A DNA stretch of 58,660 nt, filler included, from Sphacelaria rigidula (Eukaryota): the NCBI GenBank assembly GCA_964200075.2. It is 8 parts of 8 records of this genome, joined end to end, with 100 filler letters (N's around TTAATTAATTAA, not from the genome) between each part and the next. Parts side by side here need not be neighbours in the genome. Positions count along the whole stretch, not along the records: positions 7,347 to 14,592 come from CAXNAA020015784.1; positions 14,693 to 21,938 come from CAXNAA020015785.1; positions 22,039 to 29,283 come from CAXNAA020015786.1; 5 more parts are not named here. One strand, written 5' to 3'. Position 1 is the stretch's first letter, and every line of letters starts with the position of its first letter. The position numbers were made by a program, and so were the translations under genes. Positions 12,593 to 24,367 of this stretch are shown here, piece after piece. Under the pieces are notes generated by a model that saw only the letters and a program-made list of their open reading frames with translations, ran no database searches and had not been told where the DNA came from.

Positions 12593-13033
12593 CAAGGATA
12601 TCTGCGTTGAATGTGCTTCAACGGTGCTTTTTATCAGATCAAAAGCGAAGCGCAGCCGTTACTGTACGATGAATGAAACCCTGATTCTCTGCTGCTAGAT
12701 CCGACCCTGAATTTTTGCACTTGTTGGACGACCCCCTTCCCCTCATCCCCACACACGGGCCGAACAAAATCTGTGACAAATCGCTGCTGCTGTGCTACCG
12801 CCAGTTTTTGTAGCTGTCACCCTTACACTTTCTGTGTTTCCACAAAGATCCCCAAGTCCATATCCTTACTCATTATCCACACCCGCGCCGTTCAACCACA
12901 CCCTGTACATACCCACCGGCCCTTCTAACTCTATCCAACAGACGATGATGTGCCCCCCCCCCCTGGTTGAACCCCTCGTCCCCTCCTGCACCTTCCTCCG
13001 CCCCTCCTCTTCTCCTCTTTGCCTCCCCTTCAG

Positions 13034-13366
13034 GAGGACATCGGGCGCTTCGGGGGCCAAAAAAAAGTGGTGCGAAGGGGCGACAAAGACAACCATTTCG
13101 TGGGGTACACGTACAAGAGGAAACCCTCCGCCTCACCCAGGGTCCCTACTACGTCGCTCGGGGAGGGCGGTGCGCGGAGCGGCGGGAACGTGGTCGTAGG
13201 ATCCACGGCAGGCGGGGGATTGCCGTTGCCGCCGCCCCCATCGTCTGCCACGGCGCCGACCGCGCCGACCGCGCCAAGCCCGAAACCTGGGGGTGCTACT
13301 GCGCCAGCGAAGAAGGGGGGAAAGTCCGGGTTTAGTGGCATTTTCGGGGGCAGGAAAGGGGCTTGA
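13034..13366 (+). CDS. NDR/LATS-family AGC kinase terminal exon
   Basis: Pyrimidine tract plus cag; EDIGRFGG...DKDNHFVGYTYKRK (NDR hydrophobic motif FxxYTYKR), then a low-complexity tail to TGA; in phase with the previous exon. Confidence 0.9.
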   Translation, partial: EDIGRFGGQKKVVRRGDKDNHFVGYTYKRKPSASPRVPTTSLGEGGARSGGNVVVGSTAGGGLPLPPPPSSATAPTAPTAPSPKPGGATAPAKKGGKSGFSGIFGGRKGA

Positions 13367-14592
13367 TTGGTTGCACGGATGACCTGACGAATGCCTTTTG
13401 TGGGGTATCTATGACGTGCTGGGTTTGTTGGGCAGAGGTTGGGCACCCGCGTGTGCATCGAGTGGGGTGTATGTGGTATGCGGCTAACCGTCACCTATGT
13501 GGTGGTGGTAGATACAATTCTCCCCCCTCCCCCCACCCCCTCCCACCCCCGACCCCTCCGTGGCATACTTGCTGGGGGTGCCCAGTGACGACACGGATTC
13601 GATGTACTGTAGCAAACCATGGCAACGGGGACGCATTCGTTCGGGTCCCGATTTTTTTTTGTTCATCATTAGCTCTCTTTTCAACCAAGGTAAATGAGTG
13701 CGTTACACCTCGGGACGATGATGCGTTGTGTATATTATTGCGGCTTTTGGATATGCCCTTTTGGCTGCTTTAGAAAGGAAAAACAGGGAGGAAGTTGGCT
13801 AGCTGGCTCGGTCTGGGCGGTGCGAAAGCGGCGCGCGTGCCGTGTTGGGAAGGAGGAAGAGGCGGAGGGGGGTAGGCGGGGTGCCGTAGAAAAGCGGCAA
13901 TATTGTGTCGTGAGACAAGCGTAGTTTGTCCCCAGATTGCTTTTCTAAAAAAGCGGTGGAAAAGCACGTAACTCTGCGCAGTGAAATGAAACATTTTGTC
14001 GATGTATTTTCTTTGTGTTCCGCGGTACGGTTGTGAGTTTTTTCGTTTTAGGTGTTAGTAGTACTGAATAGTTATAGGCTCGTCTTTTCATAAGCTCCCC
14101 CTCCCAGCAAACCTAGTTTCTTATATTCTGCCCTTTTTTTTTGTTGAGTCTTCGCGATCCCGTTTATTTCATACAGGTGTATGTTATGGAGAGAACGTGT
14201 GTAGTGGTTAGGTACTGTAGCAGTGAGCGTCGAACCGTGTCTGACTGTTCCTCTCCGCTCTTCAGTGTAGTAAGTAGGTGGTACCATAGTTTGTTGGTGC
14301 GATTAAGAAATGATGCCATTCCATTTTTTCACGAGAGACAGCCCAGACTAATATCGCGCGGGAAGCAGACGCTCACATTTTCGTTTTCTCTTTTTTTTTT
14401 TTATGTTGCGTTTATTTCCATCCTCCATCCTGTCTTCGTGCATCACTTTCAGCGTACCTGAGATAGTTTCGCAAGATGGACCGGTAATAGATGACGGGGG
14501 GGGGGGGGGGGGCGGGGGGGCAAGAAACAAAAATGTTAAGTAAGTATTTTTTTTTGGGGGGAATTGTAAAGTTTTTTGGGGTTTTAAAAGGG

Positions 14593-14692
14593 NNNNNNNN
14601 NNNNNNNNNNNNNNNNNNNNNNNNNNNNNNNNNNNNTTAATTAATTAANNNNNNNNNNNNNNNNNNNNNNNNNNNNNNNNNNNNNNNNNNNN
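14593..14692. other. Artificial contig linker
   Basis: 44N-TTAATTAATTAA-44N. Confidence 0.98.
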
Positions 14693-14998
14693 TTTACCCC
14701 CCAAAAGAGAGCTAGGCGGAGTTTGACACCTTGGAAGGATTTGCTCTACTAGTTGAGGCGGTTCCAGGACATCTTCCCGTTTTCCGGTGGCCGCAGTTTT
14801 TTTTGGCCACACAAGAATTTTTGTCCGAAAACGGTAAGAAACAGTCAAATCTAGAAAAATGGCCACCTTTCTCTGGACTCGACTGTGGCTACCGGAAAAC
14901 GGGAAGATGTCCTGGAACCGCCTCAACTAGTAGAGTAAATCATCCCAAGTTGTCAAACTCCGCCCAGCTCTCTGCCCAGCCCTCTTTTGGGGCATAAA
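14693..14998. mobile_element. Foldback MITE (~110-bp inverted arms)
   Basis: ggcggagtttgaca..ctctactagttgaggcggttccaggacatcttcccgttttccggt is mirrored at about 14885-14965. Confidence 0.75.
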
Positions 14999-15251
14999 AC
15001 GACGTAAAAGCTCGAAAAAGGCACTTTTCCAGATTCTTATTTTTGTCTAATACAAGGAGCGGCCTTATGCCCTTTATTTTTTTTAATCCTCATCAGAAGT
15101 GAAATTATTCGCCGCTTTACGCGTATTTTGGTGGAATATGTGCGGCTTGGACCATCTTTGATGGCAGTCACCAATCTCGATTTGTGTAACATTAAGGGAA
15201 AACAAATCGGGAAACGCATTTTGTGGGCTCCGATTTGGACCAAATCAAAGA

Positions 15252-15349
15252 AGAAAAAATCGGGGAGTCACGACCACAGAATGGTTACCCCCGATTTTTC
15301 GAAAAAATCGAGGGAAATCGTTCCGAGATCGTGACTCCCCGATTGTTTT
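15252..15349. repeat. ~100-bp imperfect palindrome (mini-MITE)
   Basis: aatcggggagtcacga..cgatttttcgaaaaaatcg..tcgtgactccccgatt. Confidence 0.7.
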
Positions 15350-16177
15350 CAGGTGACGTACAATGGTAATGGTAGGGTACGAGGCGTTTGATATTTTTGT
15401 AACGGCAGCAGAAGAAAGTCTCGTGACAGGGTAGGGCGTGCCTGCCCGCGCCAGCTGCTGAAGCAGCTTCGCACGGGGTTTGACAAGCGGATGATAAGTG
15501 CTGACGCCCTACCGTGCGGCGATGGTGATATTTCCAAGGTTGTGTTCTGTAGGGTACGGTTTTCTATACACCCGGGGTATTTTGCCGGGTGTTTACCGTA
15601 CCCGACAGTTCTGTGACTTCTGTAAGATTCCCATACCGGTACCCGACAGCTCTGTTATTTCTGTAAGACCTTCATACCCTTACCCGATAGTTCTGTAATT
15701 TCTGTGAGACTCCTGTACCGTTACCGGGTGGCACAGGTACGCTCTTGATAAGATACCTGATTGCAGGTACGGTTTTCTGTGCAACCTCCATACCCTACCC
15801 GACAGTTTCGGTGAGTTTTGTAAGCCTCCCATACCCTTACCCGACAGTTCTTTGAGTTCTATACACAATGTACACCCGTACCCGGAGCGCGGGTATACCC
15901 TTGAAGAAATACCCTATTGCCGGTACCGGTTTTCTGTAAGTCTCCCATACCGTACCCGACAGTTCTGTGAGCCCTGTAAGCCTCCCATACCCCTACTCAG
16001 GGTTAGGGTATACCGTTTTAGATATACCCGATTGCAGTATGAGCACAGGTATCCACCTTGGGGAGGTACGGATATAGGTTCAATTCAAACAGAACCTCAT
16101 GACCTGAACACATGTACCTCGCATCGCGATCAACCCACCCAACTCCTTCATTCAAAACTCCACACCAACAATAATTC

Positions 16178-17888
16178 CACACGTCGGACGGATCAGCTCC
16201 CGATAGCTCGAGCTAGCTCTTTTTGAGCGTAGCTCCCTAGTGAGCTATGAGAGCTACATGAGCTACATATGTTTCTCCTGGGATGAGCTGTGAGAGCTAC
16301 ATGAGCTACGCATGTTTACCGTACGTGAGCTACCAACCCGTAGCTCATCAGCTCATATTCGTCCTGGATGAGCTGTAAGTGATGCATGAGCTACACATGT
16401 TTGCCCCGGATGAGCTACCAACCCGTAGCTCATCAGCTCATATTAGCCCTGGGTGAGCTATGAGAGCTGCACGAGCTACACATGTTTGCCCTGGATGAGC
16501 TATAAGTGATGCATGAGCTGCACATGTTTGCCCTGGATGAGCTATGAGAGCTATGAGAGCTACACATGTTTGCCCCGGATGAGCTATAAGTGATGCATGA
16601 GCTACGCATGTTTGCCCTGGATGAGCTATAAGTGATGCATGAGCTACACATGTTTGCCCTGGATGAGCTATGAGAGATGCATGAGCTACACATGTTTGCC
16701 CTGGATGAGCTATGAGAGATGCATGAGCCACACATGTTTGCCCTGGATGAGCTGTAAGTGATGCATGAGCTACACATATTTGCCCTGGATGAGCTATAAG
16801 AGATGCATGAGCCACACATGTTTGCCTTGGATGAGCTATGAGAGCTATGAGAGCTACGATTGCCTATCCCTTTGACCGCGAGGGTAGGAGGTCTCTGAAT
16901 CGGCGTCATTCACACCCGAAAAATCAAGTGAATTATGCTGATTTATCAAATCGCCAACCCTCGCGGTCAAAGGGCTAACCCCTTGACAGCGAGCATAAGT
17001 CATCTGTTGAATCGGCTCCAATTTCACTTGAAAAACGTATGCATAACCAGATGGACTCGAACCCTCGCGGCCAACCGATGAAAAGAAATGAATCGGTCGA
17101 TTATTGTTGACACTGAATACTAATACTTTTTTTAACCATCCGACCAAGCGAACGAGGATGTGTTGGCTTCTTTTCTTCCTATCGCGAAGAGTGAGGTCAA
17201 ACATCACAACCTAATGATATGTGGCACCATCCGTTCGAACAAGAATGTTACATCATAAGCAACGCAGGGTTTGCCAGCGGCGAGCTAGGCAGATGACGTG
17301 AGTGAGCCACGACCATGTGTCCCTGGGGTGAGCTACCGCGCGTAGCTCATCCGCTCATGTTTTCCCCCCGGGTGAGCTACAACAGCTACGTGAGCTACAC
17401 ATATTTGCCTTGGGTGAGCTATCGAGCGTAGCTCATCCGCATATGTTTTCCCTTGGTGAGCTGTGAGAGCTACATGAGCTACACATGTTTGCCCTGGGTG
17501 AGCTACCAACCCGTAGCTCATCAGCTCATATTCGCCCTGGATGAGCTATGGGAGCTGTATGAGCTACGCACGTGTGCGATAGGTGAGCTACCAACCCGTA
17601 GCTCATCAGCTCAAATCCGTCCTGGGTGAGCTATGAGAGCTGCATGAGCTACGCATGTTTGCCCTGGGTGAGCTACCAACCCGTAGCTCATCAGCTCATA
17701 TTAGCCCTGGGTGAGCTATGAGAGGTGCATGAGCTACACATGTTTTTCCTGGGTGAGCTACCAACTCGTAGCTCATCAGCGCACGTTCGCCTTGTGTTGA
17801 GCTATCGGACGTGGCTCACATGTACATGTTTGATTACAAGTGAGCTACCACCCGTAGATGAGCTAGCTCATGAGCTGTCCTACGTGTG
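16178..17888 (-). mobile_element. CACACG-ended satellite-filled TIR element with perfect 8-bp TSD
   Basis: TIR cacacgtcggac / gtcctacgtgtg; TSD aataattc at 16170-16177 and 17889-17896; single-copy empty site at 21096-21103 in the paralogous arm. Confidence 0.9.
16868..17074. mobile_element. Pair of piggyBac-like MITEs nested in the satellite element
   Basis: ccctttgaccgcgagggt..accctcgcggtcaaaggg|ctaa|ccccttgacagcgag.. (second unit reversed). Confidence 0.7.
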
Positions 17889-19175
17889 AATAATTCAATG
17901 TTGAGAAGTTTTTTTGGTTCGGAATCTGACGGGATACGCGGTACCGCTGAGTGGAAACACGAAACATGAGCAGCACTGCAGACCGTCAGGATGGATCACA
18001 CCCATACTCGAGTAGTGGCTCGAACGGGGATTGTTCATCTGCGCCACCAGGGGATCGAGTAGCAAGATGCACGTCATCGACGTTGATGGTAGTCGTGTCG
18101 TGGTCATCAAACCCCAGGCCGTTATCGACGTGTACAGCATAGAGGATGAGCTGCCACCGAAGGGCTTCCAGAGAACGGGCAGCCGTGAATGCTCCTTCAT
18201 GTACTCTCTGGAAGTGTACGTGAGGCCGATAGATTTCGACGATCCCGTGTACATGCACTACCGCGGTTGTTTGTGTAGTCTTTCTCTATCAACCCCGTGC
18301 ATAGGTCGCTCAGAGTTTCCGTCAACTGTCATCTGTATTTCGCCGCTGTTGTAGTGACGTAGGTACCACCACATGGGGGGTGATGATAATACCAGGGTCG
18401 TGTTTTGTAGGGTACGGTTTTCTGTATACCCGGGGTATTTTGCCGGGTATTTACCGTACCCGGCAGTTCTGTAAACTCTGTACGACCTTCATACCCGTAC
18501 CTGATAGTTCTGTGAGTTCTGTAAGCCTCCCGGACCGTTACCGGGGGGCACGGGTATGCTCTTGATAAGATACCCGGTTGCGCGTACGGTTTTCTGTGCA
18601 ACCTCCATACCCTACCCGACAGTTTCTGTGAGTTCTGTCAGTCTCCCATACCCGTATCAGACAGTTTCTGTGAGTCCTGTGAAAAACTTTAACCCTAATC
18701 TGAGGGGCGGGGTATGCCCTGAAAGATTTACCCGATTGCCGGTAACGGTTTTCCTTAAGCCTCCCATACTGTACCCGACAAGTCCTGTAATTTCTGTCAG
18801 ACTTTCGTACCGGTACCCGGCAGTTCTGTAAACTCTGTACGACCTTCATACCCGTACCTGATAGTTCTGTGAGTTCTGTAAGGAATCTCATACCCTACAG
18901 TACGTACCCGTACCTTACAGAAAACAACTTATTTTATGCTGCGCTGCGCTGCCATACGCATCACTATAACGAACGGTACTGTACTCTCCTCGTCTGTTGT
19001 CGCGATACTTGCAGGGTGCACGTACGGCACTTTCCTAAACTCTGCTCGCGCACTGTGTGTTCGCTGTTCTTGCAATACCGATTGTGCCATCATTTACCAC
19101 CACACGGAATTATCATGTAGTGTACTGATGGAGCGTCTTGCGCTGTATTACCCTAGGGAACCAATTGAACTGATC

Positions 19176-19528
19176 GCCCCGGTGGCTCAGTTGGTAACCT
19201 CCAAACCTTTTGGTAGTTGGGTTGTGGGTTCGAATCTTGGAGCGATCTGGGATTTTTTCTCGCACAATGCCCAACAGTGGAGGGCGACTATGTCGTGGGT
19301 ACACAAAATTCGATTAAATGGTCGAAGAGGGAAAGGGACTGCTGAACCCCTCTCGCGATAAACTATAAAGGTAAGCACCGCAGAAGAAAGGTGAAGAAAG
19401 AAAAGAAAGAAGGAACAGCTCTTGTGCTGGCTTTCCTCCTGTGTGACCACGGCGGGTGTGCCCATATATACTTGAAGTAGGAGACTGGCGTCCAGAATAG
19501 ATGGGACGACAACACACAACAACACACC
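19176..19528 (+). mobile_element. tRNA-derived SINE, full length
   Basis: Pol III A box tggctcagttgg and B box ggttcgaatc; body and CA-rich tail shared with 52971..53331. Confidence 0.85.
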
Positions 19529-19555
19529 AAGGTACGACACTGCTCATAAAATATT

Positions 19556-21774
19556 CAAGATTGAGTTCTGGAAAGTACGGATACGTTCTGTAGCGTATGA
19601 GATTCCTTACAGAACTTACAGAACTATCGGGTACCGATACGAAAATCTGACAGAAATTACAGGACTGTCGGGTACCGATACGAAAATCTGACAGAAATTA
19701 CAGGACTTGTCGGGTACGGTATGGGAGGCTGACAGAAAACCGACACCGTCAATCGGGTAGATCTTTCAGGGCATACCCCGCCCCTCAAGTCAGGGTAAAG
19801 ATTCTGTACAGGACTCACAGAACTGTCGGGTACGGGTATGGGAGACTAACAGAACTCACAGAAACTGTCGGGTAGGGTTTGGAGGTTGCACAGAAAACCG
19901 TACGCGCAACCGGGTATCTTATCAAGAGCATACCCGTGCCCCCCGGTAACGGTCTGGGAGGCTTACAGAACTCACAGAACTATCGGGTGCGGGTATGAAG
20001 GTCTTACAGAAATAACAGAGCTGTCGGGTACCGGTATGGGAATCTTACAGAAGTTGAAGAACTGTTGGGTACGGTAAATACCCGGCAAAATACCCCGGGT
20101 ATACAGAAAACCGTACCCTACAAAACACGACCCTGGTATTATCATCACCCCCCATGTGGTGGTACCTACGTCACTACAACAGTGGCGAAATACAGATGAC
20201 AGTTGACGGAAACTCTGAGCGACTTATGCACGGGGTTGATAGAGAAAGACTACACAAACAACCGCGGTAGTGCATGTACACGGGATCGTCGAAATCTATC
20301 GGCTTCACGTACACTTCCAGAGAGTACATGAAGGAGCATTCACGGCTGCCCGTTCTCTGGAAGCCCTTTGGCACGCGACGGAATCGCCGACGGCCTTGAC
20401 GACCTTCGGTGGCAGCTCATCCTCTATGCTGTACATGTCGATAACGGCCTGGGGTTTGATGACCACGACACAACCACCATCAACGTCGATGACGTACGTG
20501 TTGCTACTTGAACCCTTACCGGTGGATTTTCGAAAATGAGGTTGAAAAGTAAATGAGATTCAACTCAAAAGCCGTGCTTCCCCTGACCTAAATGCGTGAC
20601 ATATCACTTTCATACGGACGACCTCATCCCTCCCGACCTCCCTAAACTTATTGCGGGGGGTTTCTAGCCCTCCGTCCCCCCCAAAGGGTGTGTGCGATAG
20701 CACAATTTTGCCTCGATTTCGGGGTGAAAAAAGGACTTATTTTGGCCCAAAAATCGTGCTTTCGCACATACCCTTCAGGGGGAACGGAAGGCTAGAAATC
20801 CCCCGAAATAGTTTTAGGCAGGTCGGGAGAGATGGAGTCGTCCATATTAAAGCCATTTGTCATGAATTTAGGTCAGGGAGGGCACGGCTTTTGAGTTGAA
20901 CCTCACTTTTTTTTCAACCCCATTATCGAGAATCCACGGTTCCCTGGTGGCGCAGATGAACAATCCCCGCTTTAGCCACCACTCGAGTCTGGGTGTGATC
21001 CATCCTGACGGTCTGCAGTGCTGCTCATGTTTCGTGTTTCCACTTAGCAGTACCGCGTATCCCGTCAGATCTCAAACTAAAGAATTTTCAACATTGAATT
21101 GTTGTTGGTGTGCAGTTTTGAATGAAGGAGTTGGGTGGGTTGATCGCGATGCAAGGTACATGTGTTCAGGTCATGAGGTTGTGTTTGAATTGAACCTATA
21201 TCCGTACCTCCCCAAGTGAATACCTGTGCTCATACCTGCAATCGGGTATATCTATAACGGTATACCCTAACCCTGGGTAGGGGTATTGGAGGCTTACAGG
21301 GCTCACAGAACTGTCGGGTACCGGTACGAAAGTCTGAGAGAAATTACAGGACTTGTCGGGTACGGTGTGGGAGGCTGACAGAAAACCGACACCGGCAATC
21401 GGGTAATTCTTTCAGGGCATACCCGCCCCTCAAGTCAGGGTAAAGATTTTGTACGAGGCTCACAGAACTGTCGGGTAAGGGTATGGGAGGCTTACAGAAC
21501 TCACAGAAGCTGTCGGGTAGGATATGGAGGTTGCACGAAAATCGTACGCGCAACCGGGTATCTTATCGATACCCGTGCCCCCCGGTAACTGTCCGGGAGG
21601 CTTACAGAACTCACAGAACTATTGGGTACGGGTATGAAGGTCTTACAGAGATGACAGAATTGTCGGGTACCGGTATGAGAATCTTACAGAGATTAGAGAA
21701 CTGTTGGGTACGGTAAATACCCGGCAAAATACCCCGGGTATACGGAAAACCGTACCCTACAGAAGACAATCTTG
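19556..21774 (-). mobile_element. hAT-like composite element, copy 2 (inverted relative to copy 1)
   Basis: Colinear reverse-complement match to 15535..18932, except for the copy-specific insertions. Confidence 0.7.
20517..20941. mobile_element. Foldback MITE (~190-bp arms) with ~4-bp TSD
   Basis: accggtggattttcga..tcgagaatccacggt with ccct on both sides; absent from the paralogous site at about 18049-18052. Confidence 0.8.
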
Positions 21775-21852
21775 GAAGGATTAGTCACCACCTGCCTGCT
21801 CTTCGGCTTCATGCACGAGTATGCAGTAACATACTCATGTAGAAAATAACCG

Positions 21853-21938
21853 TCTGTGTGTGTTGTGTGTTGTCCCATTTATTCTGGGCGCCAGTCTACC
21901 CCTTTCGGGCTATGTGGGCGCATCAGCCGGGGTCACAC
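21853..21938 (-). mobile_element. SINE 3' fragment at contig end
   Basis: gtcccatttattctgggcgccagtct..tatgtgggcgca.cagccggggtcacac matches the other copies. Confidence 0.8.
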
Positions 21939-22038
21939 NNNNNNNNNNNNNNNNNNNNNNNNNNNNNNNNNNNNNNNNNNNNTTAATTAATTAANNNNNN
22001 NNNNNNNNNNNNNNNNNNNNNNNNNNNNNNNNNNNNNN
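21939..22038. other. Artificial contig linker
   Basis: 44N-TTAATTAATTAA-44N. Confidence 0.98.
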
Positions 22039-24150
22039 CTCTCCTACGGCCAAGTCATAGTTTGGGCGTTTCTTCTCTCGGACATGGTCTGCATCAGACG
22101 CCATAGTCAGGTAATGTGCAGCGCAGCACTCCGCCGTCCTGCCACTGGCTGCACCGAACGATAAATGTGCGGAGCAACCCTCCTCGCCGTACCGCTTGCT
22201 TACGTTGACCATGCCCGCTCGGGCGTGTGCGGCGCAGTATTCCGCTTTCCTACTACCGGCTGGACCGAACGATGGGTGTGTGGAGCAGCCCGTCTCGCCG
22301 CACTGCTTGCTCTTTACATCAACCGTGCCCGCTTGTCCGTGTGTCGCGCAAAACTCCGCTTTTGTGCCCCCAGATACACCGAACGATGGGTGTGTAGAGC
22401 AGCCGTCTTCGCCGCACAGCCCGTGTACTACATCAACCATGCCCGCTCGGGCGTGTGCGGAGCAAAACTTTGCCTCCTTGCTACCGGCTTCACCGAACGA
22501 TGGTTTTGTGGAGCAGCCATTACCGCCGCACCGTCTACGTCTCACATTGACCATACCCGCTCGGGCGTGTGCGACGCAGAACTCCGCCTTCCTGCCACCG
22601 GATACACCGAACGATGGGTGTTTGGAGCAACCCGTCTCGCCGCACCGCCTGCTTACGACATTGATCATACCCGCTCGGGCGTGTGCGGCGCAAAACTCCG
22701 CCTTCCTGCCACCGACCACACCGAACGATGGGTGTTTGGAGCAGCCCGTCTCGCCGCACCGCCTGCGTACGACATCGACCATGCCCGCTCGGGCGTGTGC
22801 GGCGCAAAACTCCGCCTTTCTGCCACCGACCGCACCGAACGATGGGTGTGTGAAGCAGCCCTTCTCGCCGCACCGCCTGCTTGCGACATCGACCATGCCC
22901 GCTCGGGCGTGTGCGGCGCAAAACTCCGCCTTCCTGCTACCGACCGCACCAAACGACGGTTTTGTGGAGCAGCCCTTCTCCCCGCACCGCCTGCTTACGA
23001 CATCGACCATGCCCGCTCGGGCGTGTATGGCGCAAAACTTCGCTTTTTTGCCACCGACCGCACCGAATGATGGGTGTTTGGAGCAGCCCTCCTCGCCGCA
23101 CCGCCTGCTTACGACATTGACCATGCCGGCTCGGGCGTGTATGGCGCAAAACTCCGCCGTCCTGCTACCGGCTGCACCGAACGATGATTGTGTGGAGCAG
23201 CCCTCCTCGCCGCACCGCTTGTTTGAGACATTCATCATGCCCGCTCGGGCGTGTGCGGCGCAGTATTCCGCCTTCCTGCTACCGGCTGGACCGAACGATG
23301 GGTGTGTGGAGCAGCCCGTCTCGCCGCACTGCTTGCTCTTCACATGAACCATGCCCGCTCGTGCGTGTGTCGCACAAAACTCCGCTTTTGTGCCCCTAGA
23401 TACACCGAACGATGGGTGTGTAGAGCAGCCGTCTTCGCCGCACAGCCCGTGTACTACATCAACCATGCCCGCTCGGGCGTGCGCAGAGCAAAACTTTGCC
23501 TCCTTGCTACCGGCTTCACCGAACGATGGTTTTGTGGAGCAGCCATTACCGCCGCACCGTCCACGTCTCACATTGACCATACCCGCTCGGGCGTGTGCGG
23601 CGCAAAACGCCATCTTCCTGCCACCGGATACACCGAACGATGGTTGTTTGGAGCAACCCGTCTCGCCGCACTGCCTGCTTACGACATTGATCATGCCCGC
23701 TCGGGCGTGTGCGGCGCAGAACTCCGCCTTACTGCTACCGGATACACCGAACGATGGGTGTTTGAAGCAGCCCGTCTCGCCGCATCGCCCGCTTACAACA
23801 TCGACCATGCCCGCTCGGGCGTGTGCGGCGCAAAACTCCGCCTTTCTGCCACCTACCGCACCGAACGATGGTTGTTTGGAGCAACCCGTCTCGCCGCATC
23901 GCCTGCTTGCGACATTGATCATGCCCGCTCGGGCGTGTATGGCGCAAAACTCCGCCTTCCTGCTACCGACCGCACCGAACGATGGTTGTGTGGAGCAGCC
24001 CTCCTCCCCGCACCGCCTGCTTACAACATCGACCATGCCGGCTCGGGCGTGTATGGCGCAAAACTTCGCCTTTCTGCTAATGGCTGCGCCGAATGATGGT
24101 TTTGTGGAGCAGCCCGTCTCTCCGCACTGCTTGCTTCTGACATAGACCAT
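22039..24150 (-). CDS. EsV-1-7 repeat (Cys/His, putative zinc-binding) protein, 18 repeats of ~38 aa, 3' truncated by contig end
   Basis: 704 open codons; consensus MVxVxxxxCGExGCSxxPSFGxxGxxKAEFCAxHARAG = C-x4-C-x16-C-x2-H, the EsV-1-7 repeat expanded in brown algae. Confidence 0.9.
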
Positions 24151-24367
24151 ACTTGCTAGAGTGTGTGTGGCGCGGAACTCCGCCTTCTTGCTACTGAGTG
24201 CACCGGACGGTGATTTTGTGAAGAAGCCCTACTCACTAGACCACCTGCTCACTACATTTACCATGCCCGCTCACACGTGTAAGGCGCAGAATTCCACTTT
24301 TCATTTTTCATGCTCCGGCATATGATGCCGTCCTTGTTCAAGCTCTTCGGGTGCATCCAATGGGCAT
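24151..24367 (-). pseudogene. Two decayed EsV-1-7 repeats upstream of the open array
   Basis: MPIGCTRRA*TRTASYAGA*KMK/VEFCALHV*AGMVNVVSRWSSE*GFFTKSPSGALSSKKAEFRATH, with stops and a frameshift. Confidence 0.7.

Larger units (their letters stand above)
15535..18932 (+). mobile_element. hAT-like composite element, copy 1 (41-bp subterminal repeats, internal segment, nested insertion)
   Basis: TIR caaggttgtgttctgtagggtacgg..ccgtaccttacagaaaacaac; cccgacagttctgtga repeats at 41-bp period; second internal left end cagggtcgtg at 18393. Confidence 0.65.

Noticed and set aside
5721-13366. Single gene or functional linkage of the RRF and kinase exons
   Set aside because: Separated by an artificial linker; different contigs
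19176-19250. tRNA gene (also 53255-53331)
   Set aside because: A and B boxes are present, but the head continues into a shared ~280-bp body and tail found in several copies, so this is a SINE
22165-24145. Long plus-strand and alternate-frame ORFs (264-383 aa)
   Set aside because: Shadow frames of the GC-rich 114-bp EsV-1-7 repeat
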